This document shows positions 26,389 through 39,488 of a stretch of 49,060 nt of DNA, piece by piece. The stretch is taken from the NCBI GenBank assembly GCA_900088475.1, contig FLMG01000641.1:1-49060 (forward strand), in the 5' to 3' direction. The notes beneath the pieces are model-generated. The model searched no databases. It was not told the DNA's origin and saw only the letters and a program-made list of their open reading frames with translations. Numbering within the stretch: position 1 is the stretch's first letter; each line of letters opens with the position of its first letter. The translations under genes and the position numbers were made by a program. This stretch comes from Hyphochytrium catenoides (taxonomy: Eukaryota > Protista > Hyphochytriomycota).

Positions 26389-29300
26389 ATGGACAGATCC
26401 AGTGAGGAAGAAGAGTATCCTTCGGGTCCTGCTCCTCCTTCCGAGGACCCAGCGGGAAAAGTGGACAGTGAGAGAACTCCCGGAACAGCCGAGAAGCGGA
26501 AGAGCTCGAGGCGACTAAGTGAAATGCTTGAGAGTCTGCAAGATGAGGATGATGACCTCATGGCGTCTGAAATGGAAGGGTAAGCACTGCAGACAACAAG
26601 CTCTCGGCCAATTCTCCTTCTGATGGTGCTCCAGTGTTCACTTCCTACCTCCTGTCGTTTGGCTTATCCTCTCATGTGCCAACGGTTTGCTTCCTTCATC
26701 ATCGGGACACCACTGTCATATCCTCCTAACGTATCCTGTTATTTAGACCCGAGGAGGATGCTTCACTGGGCCCGATGCGGGCTGCGAAGGAAGGCAACTG
26801 TGTGGAGTGCGACGAGGACCTTGCCATTCTCTTCTGTGAGCAGTGTACCGATCACTTCTGTCAGCTTTGTTTTGAGATGCAACACCGCAAGGGCAGCCGC
26901 GTGCAGCACTCCGTACAGCCGATTCTGAGAGGCAATCCAGAGGCGCCACAGGTACATTGTCCTTTTGATCGTTGACCCTACAACGAAAAACAGCATTGTC
27001 TCTTCTCTTCTAGCTTTCCGCATTCCGTGTGCTCTCCTCCGCTTTCCCCCGCTTAACTTTTGGATTCCTACTTTTGCGGTCCGGCCGCACCTCTGACGGT
27101 GTCACTTATTTCGCACTTTGGCTTCTCCCTGCGGCTTTCTTCAACAGGAGACAAGTGAGATGTTGCCAGTTCACAGCCCAGAAGAAGACGAGGAAGATCA
27201 GGAGACTTTTCCCTCTAAATCCAAGAGCAAGTCCGACAATATATGCAGCGCTGTGGGGAATATTTTCCGCTCTCCTGTCGCGCTTCTATCGAGACCTGCG
27301 CATCAATCTTTGACTCTTGAAGGACAAAGTGGGAGCCAGGGGGCAGGGCTCCAAGGGGTGGCTCCTATGAGCGACCGAGCCAAGTTCATACCACTAAGAC
27401 TTACTTACGAGCAACGGAAGAGACTCAGGACACTGGAGGCCGCTTTGAAGGTAACCTTAACCTGAGATCGTGGAAGGATAGGGTAGGGAAGAATGCACAC
27501 CAAAACGTACCGGGCCAGGGGGCAATTAGAGAGAATCGAATGGATGAGAATGATCACGGAAAGAGGGGCCTGAATGTGATGGCGGAGGTCTTAATAACCT
27601 TTCACTGCAACGGGTCCCGGTGGATCTATCCTTCTGTCGCTTCTCACAAGTATCTTCCTCTCTTCATCCAGGTTAGCCGATATACGGACCGGCTAGATAT
27701 TGCCGCGTCCAAGGCAAAGTCAAAGCGGCTCAAACTCCAGCTGCAGGAGGTTTGCGGGGTCCTCTCTGGGTTGGTGGTGGCGACGGACTACAAGGTTGGA
27801 CAGGAGGTCATCCGCGAGAGTGAGTTTCCGAAGTACGAGACGTTCTTCCAAGACCTTTTTGAGTTGGGAAGAAGATATAAGATCATGAACCCAGGTAACT
27901 GACAAGTAGCAAGATAAGAGAGCAGAGAAAGAGAACTATTGTGATTGGCTGCCAGAGAACCGACGGAGAGGGGAGTTAAGGGTTCTGGAGATAAGAGAGG
28001 AGAGAGTTACAACGAAAGAGAGTAGAGACAATGACTCCAGGGCACTCAGAGACGAGGATCGTGCCACGGCAATCGCGATGTAGCGAGAGAGAGAGGAGCC
28101 AGCATCCATCTGAGGATTTGACACCGACTAACTGTGTCCATCGAGTAGAAAAGATGCGCGGCGATTATGGGAAATTGCTCTACTTGATGCAGGACGCTGT
28201 GTCTCCTCAGGTCCAGGAGTTACTTGGCCTTAACGTCAAGAGAGAAATCCGCACAGTTTATGCACTGTTGAGAGCTAACGGTACGATCTCATGAGATCTA
28301 TCTCCCATCCAACGGCGCGTCGCACTGAATTTTTTTATATTTGTCTTTTTTGTTGGATTATTGGATGTAGATGGGCTGAGCTTGTTAGAGGATCCTAGGA
28401 TTGAGCTTGCAACCCGTGTAATCGCGCCTGAAGGCAAGACTAGAGCGCAAATCCAGCGGGAGATAGCGGCGAAGGTGTGGCATTTAGTCTGACGATCTCT
28501 TTGTGATTTGTGACCTGCAACATGTTGTTTGCAATCAAAAGTATATCCCCTCTTTCGTTCCTTGCCATCTTTCCTAAATAATGCTAAACGCAGGAGGACG
28601 CCAGGAAGCAGCTCGTCCGTAGCTATACAACGCGAAAGCTCACTGCTGAGACGATAGAGCAGTGCCTCTACTCCTTGGCGGACAACAACTACTATTTATA
28701 TTATGACAGGGACCCCATAGACAAGATGATAGGCTCCCTTAAGAAGTACTTCTCACCCAGCAGGTGAGCCAGCGAGAGGGAGCAGAGCAGAGTCAGAGAA
28801 CCGGCAGTGAAGGCAAACCTAACACTTCGCAATCGCAGTATAGAAGAAGGGTTTTCGCTAGCGATAGTAGAAGGGATGGATGGCGCACGCCTCTCTCATA
28901 ATCACGAACGCCAGTACAACTTCGTGCTGCAGTCTCTGCTGCTATGGAGAGAGGTCAGTAAGGAGGCACTCTAGGGGGTACCCTGTAGAAACATGGTGTC
29001 ACTGTCTTCTACCGTCAATCCTCATGTTGCCTTGGGTACAGTTCTTCTGTTTGCATCTCCCTTGTCCTCGAAATGGAGTTACTCTTGCCTCTCCTTTCCT
29101 CCCAACAGCGTGACTGTGAAAAGGAAGTGCGCTTTCTGCTTGCTAAGGGATCTTGTACCTGTTAGGTGATCAACGATATGTTTCGCCTCTGGTATCTGAC
29201 CGACGAAGATATTCTGGCTGAGGATAACGCCTACATACTGACCGATACTGGACAGGGTCTGCATAGGGTGCAGGTCAGTGCCGGTCACTTCTTTGTTCTG

Positions 29301-30571
29301 GTTCCTCTTCTTGGGATCTTGCGCCAAATCCTGCTTGCCTCAGTGCCTCAGTAGAGTAGCCCTCTAACACGTCTTCCTTGTGTGACATATCCTTCAACAG
29401 CAAGCACCACGGGTATCTCGTGCCATGCATGTCATCCTGCATGACGTACAGCGAAAGGTAAAAGAAGTTTCACTGCGCCGGCCACCCAGACTCGACTCTC
29501 TCAAACTCAGCTGCGGCGGCTTCGTTTCATTTGCTCCTGCTTACACGTTGCTGTACCCTCTCGACATACTAGGTGGGCAACTGGATCGGCTCGTCAGTGA
29601 TCCACTTGGGAGATAGAAATGTGCCCAATGCCTTGATGTTTATAGATAAATATGCTCAGGTATGCACCGCCACCACTAGAAATTCAAGAGTCTCTTGAAA
29701 ACGGTGGACAGAAAATCATATAATGACGGGAGAACGATCAACCCTTAATAGGAAGAGAAGGGCCAAGGGGTGAGATGCGGGTCACTGTCACTCTTAGGGT
29801 GAGAGCTGATTAGTCATAATGTCGCATGAGAAGGAAGGAAGAAGAAAGGTCCTGTCCCTTGGTCCTCTCACCGCTTACAAGAACTACTTCCGCATGATGC
29901 TGACAGGTTGCAAAGATCATTGGGCCCATAGTTAAGACGCTAGAAGGTCTCAGCCGGATCTGTGAAAGCAACAAAGGGGTGGCGTACTATATTGAGACGG
30001 TAAGGATGACGATCGACGATGCAGCAACCGTTAGATGGCCTTCAATCAAGAGAGGAGGGTGTGGCCTTTTGAACTCTTGCTGTCAGATCTTATGCGTGCA
30101 CTCCTACCTCCTTCCTGTTCTCTCTCGCCTTCCTCGTACGCTCTAGATCCCCACCTGTGGCTCTCTCGAGTCTAAGCATGAGCCTATGTCGTTGAAGTTC
30201 TTAGCATCTTTTTGTTGAGCATGGTTCGTTCGTGTTGAGTCTCCTATTTACCCGCCATTCTCAGGAGTTTAAGGACCCAGAAACAGCAAAGAAGACTATT
30301 TTAGCGGACTTCTTCAGAGAAGCGTTTGACGGCAGTGGGGCAGACAACTTCTTTGACGCGGGATCCTGCGTTGACGGCAGGTGAGCAGCTAGATACTAGG
30401 ACAAAGAGCCAAGATAGAGGCGATGACAAAGCGGAGACAAGGCTAACATTGCTGCTTGTCCGCTTCAGATTGACATCGGCTTGGAACTGGTGCTCCCACT
30501 TGCCGAGCAAGAAATTTTTCCCTATCTTTAAGCTTGTGGGCTTCATTGGATTCGACGGCAAATTCACATAG
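26389..30571 (+). CDS. B-box zinc finger + DUF2009 (UPF0652) protein
   Basis: B-box [32 protein letters not shown]; then [60 protein letters not shown] and [28 protein letters not shown]. Confidence 0.92.
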
Positions 30572-32264
30572 GAGAGACAGCGCCGAACTCAAGAATAGAG
30601 CAAAGGAGTTGCAAGAGACGGCAAGTCCACCTATACTGTGCCTCACAAGAGATGTGGATCCGATAAGAAGAGTAAGGCGCTGGTATAGGTCAAGTGAGGT
30701 CGACTAATCTCTGAAGGAGAGTGCACCTAAGCGTTGATCCCTGCTGCTGCTTTAAGATTGCGAGGCATCTGTCTACCACTGTCCAGCGTGCTCCATGCCG
30801 CAACTTTATTCAATGACCTTTCTCAGTGAGGTCACTCCTTCGCTACTTATCCTCAAATGGCTAGAAGAGTACCCCCAGAGCAAAGAGAAAGTGTGTACTG
30901 GCTGAGGTGGCAGGAACGTTGCTGAGAAGAGATTAGGTGGCAAGCGTAGCTCCTTAAGGGTTATGCAGGCAACTTGAATAGCTGAGGCTATAATGTTATG
31001 TCTTCTTGTCGCTCTTAACTTCTAACGGTCTAAGAAGATAGTTTGGATCTTTGGAGAAAGGAGATGTGCTGCTCCAGCTGCTGGTGCTCCTTTTTTTCTT
31101 CTCTTCTCATACCCTTACGTTGCGTTAACGAATTATCTGAAAAACTAAAGCCAGAGCAAGGAAGCCGCGTGATTTTCTATGAAAGCACGCGAGAAACCGA
31201 GCTAGGATAGTGCGCGCGGCAGGCAGAGACGAGTACCCTGGAAGAATGAAGTGGTCGCTTTTGAGGCAAGCCCCTTCTTCTCAGCCGTTGTTTCAGATGC
31301 ATACAGTACCTACATGGGCGCCTGCGAACGGGCAGGCATCACCGTCATCTAAACCTGATCAGGGACCGACGTCTGGAACTGACTGCTGAGCGACCATTCA
31401 TCGCCGAATAATCTGCCATGAGAAGATCTGCCCACAACTAACTATTGTAGGTAGACAGCGTCATCGTCCGAGGGACGCCAAGGGAGGAGGAGAACGCCTT
31501 CTACCCCGTACAAGGGACAGCACTCTAACAACACATCCTACCATTATTGGACATGATGATGGACCAGTGGAAGAATGCGCGCTGTGTTGGGCTGTGTAAT
31601 CGGAAGGAGGGAGGAGGAAACCAACGAGCTGCTGGATTGAATGAGAAGAAAGAAAGTAGGAAGGAGAGGGAAGGAAAGGGGGAAGAACACACGATCACCA
31701 CTGCGAAGGAGGAGCGAACCAGGTCTTCCCCTCTTCCTTCCCTCACCAGCTGCAGACGCCCGCCCTGCCACAGCTCCTGCCACCTGCCCCGCGCAGAAGA
31801 AGAATAGAGGGGAGGATCGGGCAATGATGACGGCGAGAAGATGACGGCTCCTCGCTGCTGTTGATATTTGGGAGGAAAAGAAGAACAAGACCCCTCAAAC
31901 AAACAAACAGCGACGACGCCCAAGAACAGCTCTTGCGAAGGAACGAAGAGCGGTAGGTGGTACCGCAGCAGCAGCAGCAGCAGAAGAAGAGGAAAGCACT
32001 GACAAGATCTCGGCAACGAGTCTTCAATGATAGAAGTTTATAGAGCGTTGTTACGTACTAGATAATATCTTCCTTTTGTCCCACATCAGCAGCTAGGTTT
32101 CCCTGGCCTGCCTCAGTTCATTCAGATACTTCTCTCAAAAGCAAGAAGATATTCTTTTCCAAACGAGATTAAGACGAGGACGACGGCCGTGCTCTGGCTT
32201 CCCCTATCATCATCTGTGTAACAGCTAGTCCTTTCCTCATCTCAATAGGACAGCAACAGGCATC

Positions 32265-33245
32265 ATGGCATCGTCGAAGATTGCCATTGTTACTGGCGGG
32301 ACGAAAGGGATCGGTTTCCATGTCGTGAAGGGACTATGTGAAAGGCTCCCACAAGGCTCAGTCGTCTATGCGACTGGGAGAAACGATGAGCGAGGCCAAG
32401 AGGCAGTTCATGAGCTACGTGAAGCTCTGCAAGGCAAGGCATCGGGGACCCCGACTTACCAACAACTGGACGTCTCCGACCGTGAAGCCGTGAAAAGCTT
32501 TGCGAGATCAGTCAGAGACAATCATGGACGAGTCGATATACTTGTTAACAACGCGGGAATGGCGTTCCCCATGGCTGCACAGGAGCCATTCTCTGTTCAA
32601 GTTCGAGAAACACTGAAGACGAACTTCTGGGGAACGCTCAGCGTCTGTGAAGAGTTTCTATCCCTTCTCGCGCCCCACGCTAGGGTAGTAAATGTCTCCA
32701 GCTCCTCTGGCGAGCTTCGTCGCATTAGTGGGGATGAGCCCGCAGCGGCCGGCCTACGTAGCCGCTTCAGCGCTGAGGACCTTACCACTGAACAGCTGAG
32801 TGATCTAATCAGGGAATTTGAGAAGGTGGCAATGAACTGTCCTGAAGACAAAGTCAAAGAAGCTGGTTGGCCTATGTCGGCATATGCAGTCTCCAAAGTT
32901 GGAGTGAGTGCCTTGAGTCGGGTTCTGCACCGCGAACTTAGCCGTGACCCAACCCGTCCAGCTATCGTTGTCAACTATGTGCATCCTGGCCATATCCAAA
33001 CGGACTTGAGTCGTCACACAGGCGAGAAAAGCCCCGAGACAGGTGCAAGTCCCATCATCTTTGCTGCGCTTCTTCCTACAGATACTCCTATTCGAGGAGA
33101 GTTCATCTGGGAAGACTGTACAGTTGTTGATTGGGTTCATGGGTTCGGACAGGCAGGAGGCTTCTCCCAGATCAAGGATCCAGTGCACAAGCATACGAAG
33201 GAGGGAGGAGGTCGAGTCACGCTTCATGAATCATCAACTACTTAA
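32265..33245 (+). CDS. Carbonyl reductase (CBR1-like short-chain dehydrogenase/reductase), intronless
   Basis: TGGTKGIG, LVNNAG, catalytic YAVSK, and the CBR-type helical insertion (LTTEQLSDLIREF...GWP). Confidence 0.93.
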   Translation: MASSKIAIVTGGTKGIGFHVVKGLCERLPQGSVVYATGRNDERGQEAVHELREALQGKASGTPTYQQLDVSDREAVKSFARSVRDNHGRVDILVNNAGMAFPMAAQEPFSVQVRETLKTNFWGTLSVCEEFLSLLAPHARVVNVSSSSGELRRISGDEPAAAGLRSRFSAEDLTTEQLSDLIREFEKVAMNCPEDKVKEAGWPMSAYAVSKVGVSALSRVLHRELSRDPTRPAIVVNYVHPGHIQTDLSRHTGEKSPETGASPIIFAALLPTDTPIRGEFIWEDCTVVDWVHGFGQAGGFSQIKDPVHKHTKEGGGRVTLHESSTT

Positions 33246-33951
33246 TCGTGCCCAGCTAAGAAGAAGCAATTTCTATATTGTTGAGTCCTTACTATCTTCT
33301 TTTCCTTCTATCATCCAGGCCTCAGTAGACGTCGCTACTATCTTCTTCTTGACAGGCGCGAGACATTATACCGCTTACGTTGTTCGAAGGAGGTTCAATC
33401 GGGGTTGGTCCCTCCGCGATGAGCGCATCATCATACTTCCTTTCACAGCCTCTCCTTTCTTCCTAGTGCAATCAATGCTGATCGTCAAGTGAGCTTGTAA
33501 GGAGCACTATGGTGAGTCTGGGCACACCGGCTCCAGACACGTTGACACCAAGCTTCTCCGTGCAAGCGATCGAAAGTCGACTATCTGCTGATAGAGCCAA
33601 TAGCTTCTGGAATGGCCATTCTAGCCCTACCTGGGAAGAAGCTTCTTAAAAATGGAAGGTCAACTGGCCGCGCACAAACTTAAGAACAAACGAGAACTAC
33701 GACTCATAGCTCTATAGGGTTTTGATCATCAGCAGATTGCGCTCTGCTGCAGAAATGACAGACGACTTTGCCGCCTGCTGCTAGAGCGTAGGAAACCGTG
33801 ACAGGGGCTGTGGATGGTGCCCTCCTCTCTAATACCTCTTTTAGCATACGGATGTTGCGACGACCTGGGCCTCTAACTCCGGACCCTTCGTATGGTTAAT
33901 CTGCGTCTATGAGCTATTGCCATGTCCTTCTTTGGCAAGAGGGTTGCGTAC

Positions 33952-35907
33952 TTAGATAGACCTCACTGCTACGGTAGTCGCGCCACCGTCTGAGTTGCCG
34001 GCAGCGGAAGAAGAGAGGTCTACGAAGGGGTTGTGGTACTCTACGGTGCCTTGCTGGATAACGAGGGTGTCTTCACTTGTAGCAGCAGCCGCCCGCCAGA
34101 GGAGCCTCAATATCCAGACAAGAGACCAAGCAGCCCGTTGGTGACGTAGCTGTATATCTGTAAGACCACCGGCTGTCCAATCACTAACCCTTCCCACAGA
34201 ATCCTATTTTGATAACTCTCCCGGGGTCCGAAGTACAGCTGGAAGGTCATCCAGACCAGCCAAAATGTCTGAGAGAAAAGAACAGGGACTAGGTGGGACT
34301 TCTTCGAGACACCAAGCAGAGTCTTGGATGGCGGCAGCAGAGAATCGAACACATTTGTCCATTGCACCCAGAGACAAAGAGTTCCCAAAGCGATACATCT
34401 TACGTCCCAGGCCATTACCTCATCAGAGAGTCCTAGACACAGAGTGATCGCGAGGAAGGCCGTGTACTGGACATCGGGATTGCGGTATAGCAAGATGACA
34501 ATGGGTCTGGCTGAATGAGAGGCATACTGTCACGACCACCACCAGCAGGGTGCATAGTAGCCCTACAATCGCAATCGCGGTTAGGGCTGTAGGCGACAAG
34601 GAAAGCACCACGTATCCTTTCGATACAATGACCAGGTAGGAGCAACCATTACCAAGTACCATCGCGAGGTTGAAGAGTATCTGAAGCACTTTCTTCCTCC
34701 GCTGCTGCATCTGCCCTCCGTTTCCCCAAGAAGTGAACCTTCTTCCGCGCGGGACCTGAAGATACACTGCGTCGGAGCTCAGACGGGTGGAAAGACCCTT
34801 GAAGCTGGGTGGCAGCAGCTGTAACTGCACGATGTAGCGATCTTTGGGCTGCGTCTCCTGGTCCTGCGGTGGTTTGATAACTGGCCCGGTGGAATGGTGC
34901 TTATGCTTGTCATTTACCAGAGAACTATTGGCCCCTGCAGCTCTTATCTTGAGGTTACAGCTATATAACAAACAGCTAACTGTGTTCTTTGCCTGGGACA
35001 TCTGTCGTCTCTTCTGCCTTCGAGTCTGCTCCGCGAATATCATCACTTTAGCAAAAGCTACCGTGAAAGTGATGTTAACGTTTAAGTAGAGACTGAACAG
35101 GGTGACGGAATGTTCCCCATAAATCATCCATGTGTAGTCTAGGAGACCCGGACACCACCCAAGCTGCACCGCGACTCCAGCCAGGAGGGCACCGACAGCT
35201 CCACCGGCCATCCCTTGAGACAGAGTCTCCCGACTAAACGTGTGCGCATCAAACGCTACTGGAGCCACAGCGCAGAGAAGAACAACCAGAGCAGTCGGCG
35301 GGCCACGAAGGTCAGTTCTGCTGATGCCAATAGCAAATGCTGCTCTCAAAACGTTAAGAACGTTCAGAAACCAGAAGTCGAAGGTCTTGAAGAGTAGGAG
35401 CCACACTTGCCACCTGGTTAGCAGCAGATTACCTATCATCCAGGGTAGGAGGAGAATGAGCCCACTCCATACCATCGCTTCGCCTAACCGCACAGGCAAA
35501 AACATTCCAGCACAAGCGGCGATGGCGCCTATGTTATATGCAATTAGCATTATTGTCATATGGCGTCGCATGAGGGCCAGCTGCTGGACCTCAGCTGTTG
35601 GACCAAACAGAGCAGACACTATTGAAATAGAGAGGTCTAACGTGGCTAGAGGCTTTGCTGGGATCAGCTCGTACGTAAGCTCCCCGCTGTCTGCGCTCTT
35701 TTCAGAAGCCAAGTCACCGGGAGCAGTATCACGGTGTGACTTTTTCTTTAGTTGTTCCAAGGAGAAAGACGGGTGCTGATCATGCCCTCTCGCTGGGACC
35801 CCAAGCTTGACCTTGGTACTACTGGTGTTGAGGATAGAATGATTTGCTGGGAGGCTTGGGGTCACGGTGGCAGATGTGCCGGTACGTTCCCCACGTTTGC
35901 TACGCAT
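33952..35907 (-). pseudogene. Intronless multi-pass membrane protein with two frameshifts (pseudogene or assembly error)
   Basis: Three overlapping ORFs join by single-base shifts near 34500 (CLSFSQT/IVILLYRN) and near 34120 (NGLLG/LVWILRLLW). Two hydrophobic halves; FDFWFL..N and GTVEYHNPF motifs. Confidence 0.7.
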
Positions 35908-38500
35908 AGTGGAGCCAGCTTGACAAAGAGAGATGGAGCCTTGGTAATGGCGCTTTGCTTGCTCGCCCTAAGGAATCAGCGAATTACACTGAGCCCATAG
36001 TCTACCGCCGCAGGCAGCTGTTTCATAATAGCAATAAGTGCTATTTCTAGCTCTACTAAGGGATATCGACTTCCACAGCCTTCAGGGTAGCTGTTAGAGT
36101 CGGCTACTATGAGAGTGTTGCCGGCATCCACTCAGAGTGCATAAACAACCGCACTTCAGAGTCTAGTTTTTGAAGTTATCTTGTTGGAAGGATGGAGTGG
36201 GCAATCCTATTAAAGAGCATGGAGGTGTTTGCCCATCAGAAGCTAGTCTGGTCACGCATTTTGCAGACATTACGTTTGCCGGGGGGCGGAGCAGGATGAC
36301 CTGCTGCTGTGAGAAGGTTGATTTATAACAGGTAGCATGGTCATTATCTCCTCCCTCATCAAGAAGTCTGTGCGCCGATTCGCCTAGAGGTATCATTTTT
36401 CACTAGCTGACGTAGCGTGGGCCATCATCCCATGGGCGGACGACAACATCATGACCGTGTCAAGGGAGCAGACTCTGCACTAGTATTTCTGGCTCGCTCT
36501 TCTGGACCACAGGCAGATAAGGCCGACAGCCAACAAGGGCTAACGGACTCTCACCTCTTCTTGCCCTGGAAACATTAGTGCCTAGTGTCCCTCATACACA
36601 CAGCTAATTTGATGCCCCATCACCCTCCGACACAGCTTAACTACTGACAACAACAAAAGATGATGAAGGGAGGATAGGTGGAGGGAGGAGGAAGATAGTG
36701 ATGAAGGAGGACGACGACAATCGAAGGCTATGGGATGGTTGACAGCAGAGAGACAGAGGCCTGAGCCTGATGATGGCGCCACGCCACTGGTGGTGCACTC
36801 ATAAGAAGCCGATTGTGGCTCTTTTATAAAAAGAGGGCGTTGGAAGTGAGCCAAGAGCAAACAGAGGAGCGGAGGAGGGACTTCAACAGCTGTAACGCCG
36901 AAGGGCCTAGACTCTGAGCCGCCATGTAACGGATGGATAAAGCGACAATATAAGACTCTTAGTTACCGATACTACATTCAATTCTTATAGACCTCTATTA
37001 AGTCGAGGTTTAAGGGGACATTATTTTTACCTCCGAAACGCTTAGCCTTCAGCTAATACGACAATCATCTGCATGTATTGCCTTGACTGTGTGGATTTAC
37101 AGTGTTAAAGGCCAGCCGACGGCGCATCAGCGGCGGGAGGAGCAGCAGGAGCAGAAAACGACGAAGGAGAACGAAGAATGTGTTCCAGAAGGCTCCTCCG
37201 TCCTCTCTCCATAGTCAGCTATCGTCATCCTTCCTCCTGTCTGCTGGGTCTTTGTTGAAGAGATTCACAATGCTGTAGATGACAGCAGCACGCACCATTA
37301 ATCTTCTTAGCAGGAACCATCTACTATTCTGAAGATACTGCCAGGAACCCTTGAAATAAAGCGTCATCATACTGCTATAGTTGGGAACCATACCCTCCTT
37401 AGGGGCTCCTGACGAAGTTGATTCTTCTTCTACAGGTGATGGTGGTATTATTCAGGACTACGAAGGCGGAGTCCATCCATAATAACTACCTCGATCATCG
37501 GATCGGTGTAAAACCTCTAGCTTTAGCTTCTAGCACAAGAGCCGCTCCTCTTCGGAACCCACCCTGAAGTGATCGCTATCGGAAAGACGCTTTGCAGGCC
37601 TACAACTGAGACTTGTCGGTATAAAGGACCGACGAGTACCTTAGAAAATGCTGTGATCAGCAGGCCGAAGACCTCAACAACAAGATTGTGCAATGGGAGT
37701 TGTCTTAAGAGAGGAAGACGGCATCTATCGCAAGGACAAGAGTGATAAATGATGAATTTTGCTGCACATCCACGTCAATAAACTATCCATGGAGATGCTC
37801 TTGTTATGGCACGGGCATCGTCATTACCTCAGAAGAAATCGTCTGTTCAATTCTGCTGGGCGGTGCAGAAGTAGAAGAGATGATAGCAGTTGAGGAAGAA
37901 GGGGCCTTCAACAGCAAAGGCGATCTACAACGAACAGAGACAAAGAAGAATAAATATCAGCTACCAGGCTCTGCATTGCCTCTGGTTGCCCGCCTCTGCA
38001 AGACGACGCTGCAAATCAATCACCAAGACGCCACTTCGAGGTTTTTTACACGGCCAAACCGCTTCTCGAACTTCTTGGCCTGATTCGTCTCAGCTCCAAT
38101 AAATATCATTTTTGATCGGCGTTACTACTGTTATTGCCGTCTCTTTCGCTGCCATAATGCCGGCACCTGAGCTGGTTACTCTTAAGACTATGCCTCCTTC
38201 TACCAGCCTCATGGCCTCACAACGTCCTTGGATTACTCTATACTCTGGGTGACATTCCTCCCAACGACAAGACTAGAAGGATCAACGTCCTGCTGAAACT
38301 CAAGGAAAGGAGCATTGGGGCTGGGCCTACTGGGCGGGGGCTTCCTGGAGGAAGGAAGTGAATCAGCTAAGCGAAGAGAAAGCATATCCCTGGTGTGTAT
38401 AGAGTCCATCTTCTTCTCCACTTTGGCTCTCTTTTCGCCAGGCACTACTGGTATAAAACAAGGAATAGGTCCTGAGTGCATCCGGAGGCACCACAGTCTC

Positions 38501-38851
38501 TCAGCTAGTAGGAAGTCCCTGGTCAGCTTTCTTCTCTAACAGCCGTGCATCCTGAGGGACCAAGCTGGGGACACCGTCTCGCACGGGATACGCTACTCCG
38601 ATCTCGTCGCATACAAGCTCGCTGGCCCCTTCGTCAAACCTTAAGGGTAACTGATGCCAAGGATGAAACGTTACTAAAGAGCAGTCGCACAGACAGGAAC
38701 TCCTTTAGGGTCTAACCTTGGAAATGGGGCAAACCAGAACCTTCTGCAGTCTCTTGAAGGCTTCGTCAGACTGGCTTATTTGTGTCGAGAAATGACGCCG
38801 GGCGCTTGAAGCTGCTGCTTCTCGCAAGCTTCTTGAATACCTTAGCGCCAT
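38501..38851 (-). CDS. PYURF/preY (UPF0434, Trm112-like) mitochondrial protein
   Basis: Exons 38851-38717 and 38650-38501 give MALRYSRSLREAAASSARRHFST...KVLVCPISKLPLRFDEGASELVCDEIGVAYPVRDGVPSLVPQDARLL*. The N-terminus is an Arg/Ser-rich presequence. Confidence 0.9.
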
Positions 38852-39488
38852 TGTGGAAGGCTTACCGCTTGTTGTCTGGCCACCTAGTGCAGCTCAGATA
38901 GTTCTCTGGGGGAAGCTCAGCAACAAGATCCATCGTCAAAGCAGCGCAGATGTTGGGCATCAGCCCTTGCCCAGCGTTCACTTTTTGCTCTCCAGGTTTG
39001 GTTTGCAAGTTCTATTATGCAGATTGAGAATAGCATTCGCGGTAGACTCCACTAACTGTATACTGTTGTGAACGTTGAACTAAAGACGGTCATGGATAAA
39101 GGCCTTCGTTATTCCTAACGTATGACACCCTGCGAGTTGATTTGTTTTGTCCTTGATGGACTTTCTTCTCTTCTTCTCTGCTCCTGCCGTCGTCCTCACT
39201 CCATCATCGCCCGGCCTTCGCCCTCTTCACTCCGCAGGCCATGTCCATCAGCTCACTCAGTAGGAAGTGCAGCAGCGGCACGTAAAGGGAAAGAGAGAAG
39301 GAGAGCAGACGGCACAGGCGTGGAAGCTGGTACCATGAAAGCCGTGAGTGGCTTTAGAGCGGGTTAGGACTAGCTGATGAAATACATCTGTCCGTGGAAA
39401 GTCGGGGCGGTGCGGTTAGGAGGGCGTAATAGACTGAGCGGAGAGATTCTAAGTGGATGATTGGCTCTCAAGGAAAAGCGAGAAGAAA

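Noticed and set aside
31525-32027. Overlapping ORFs of 67-163 aa
   Set aside because: They translate low-complexity purine-rich and CAG-rich sequence and contain no domain.
32597-35779. Antisense ORFs such as 32597-32974, 32805-33227 and 35240-35779
   Set aside because: They are shadows of real genes on the opposite strand.
36891-37101. Solo LTR (TGTAA...TTACA)
   Set aside because: No target-site duplication and no second copy in the window.
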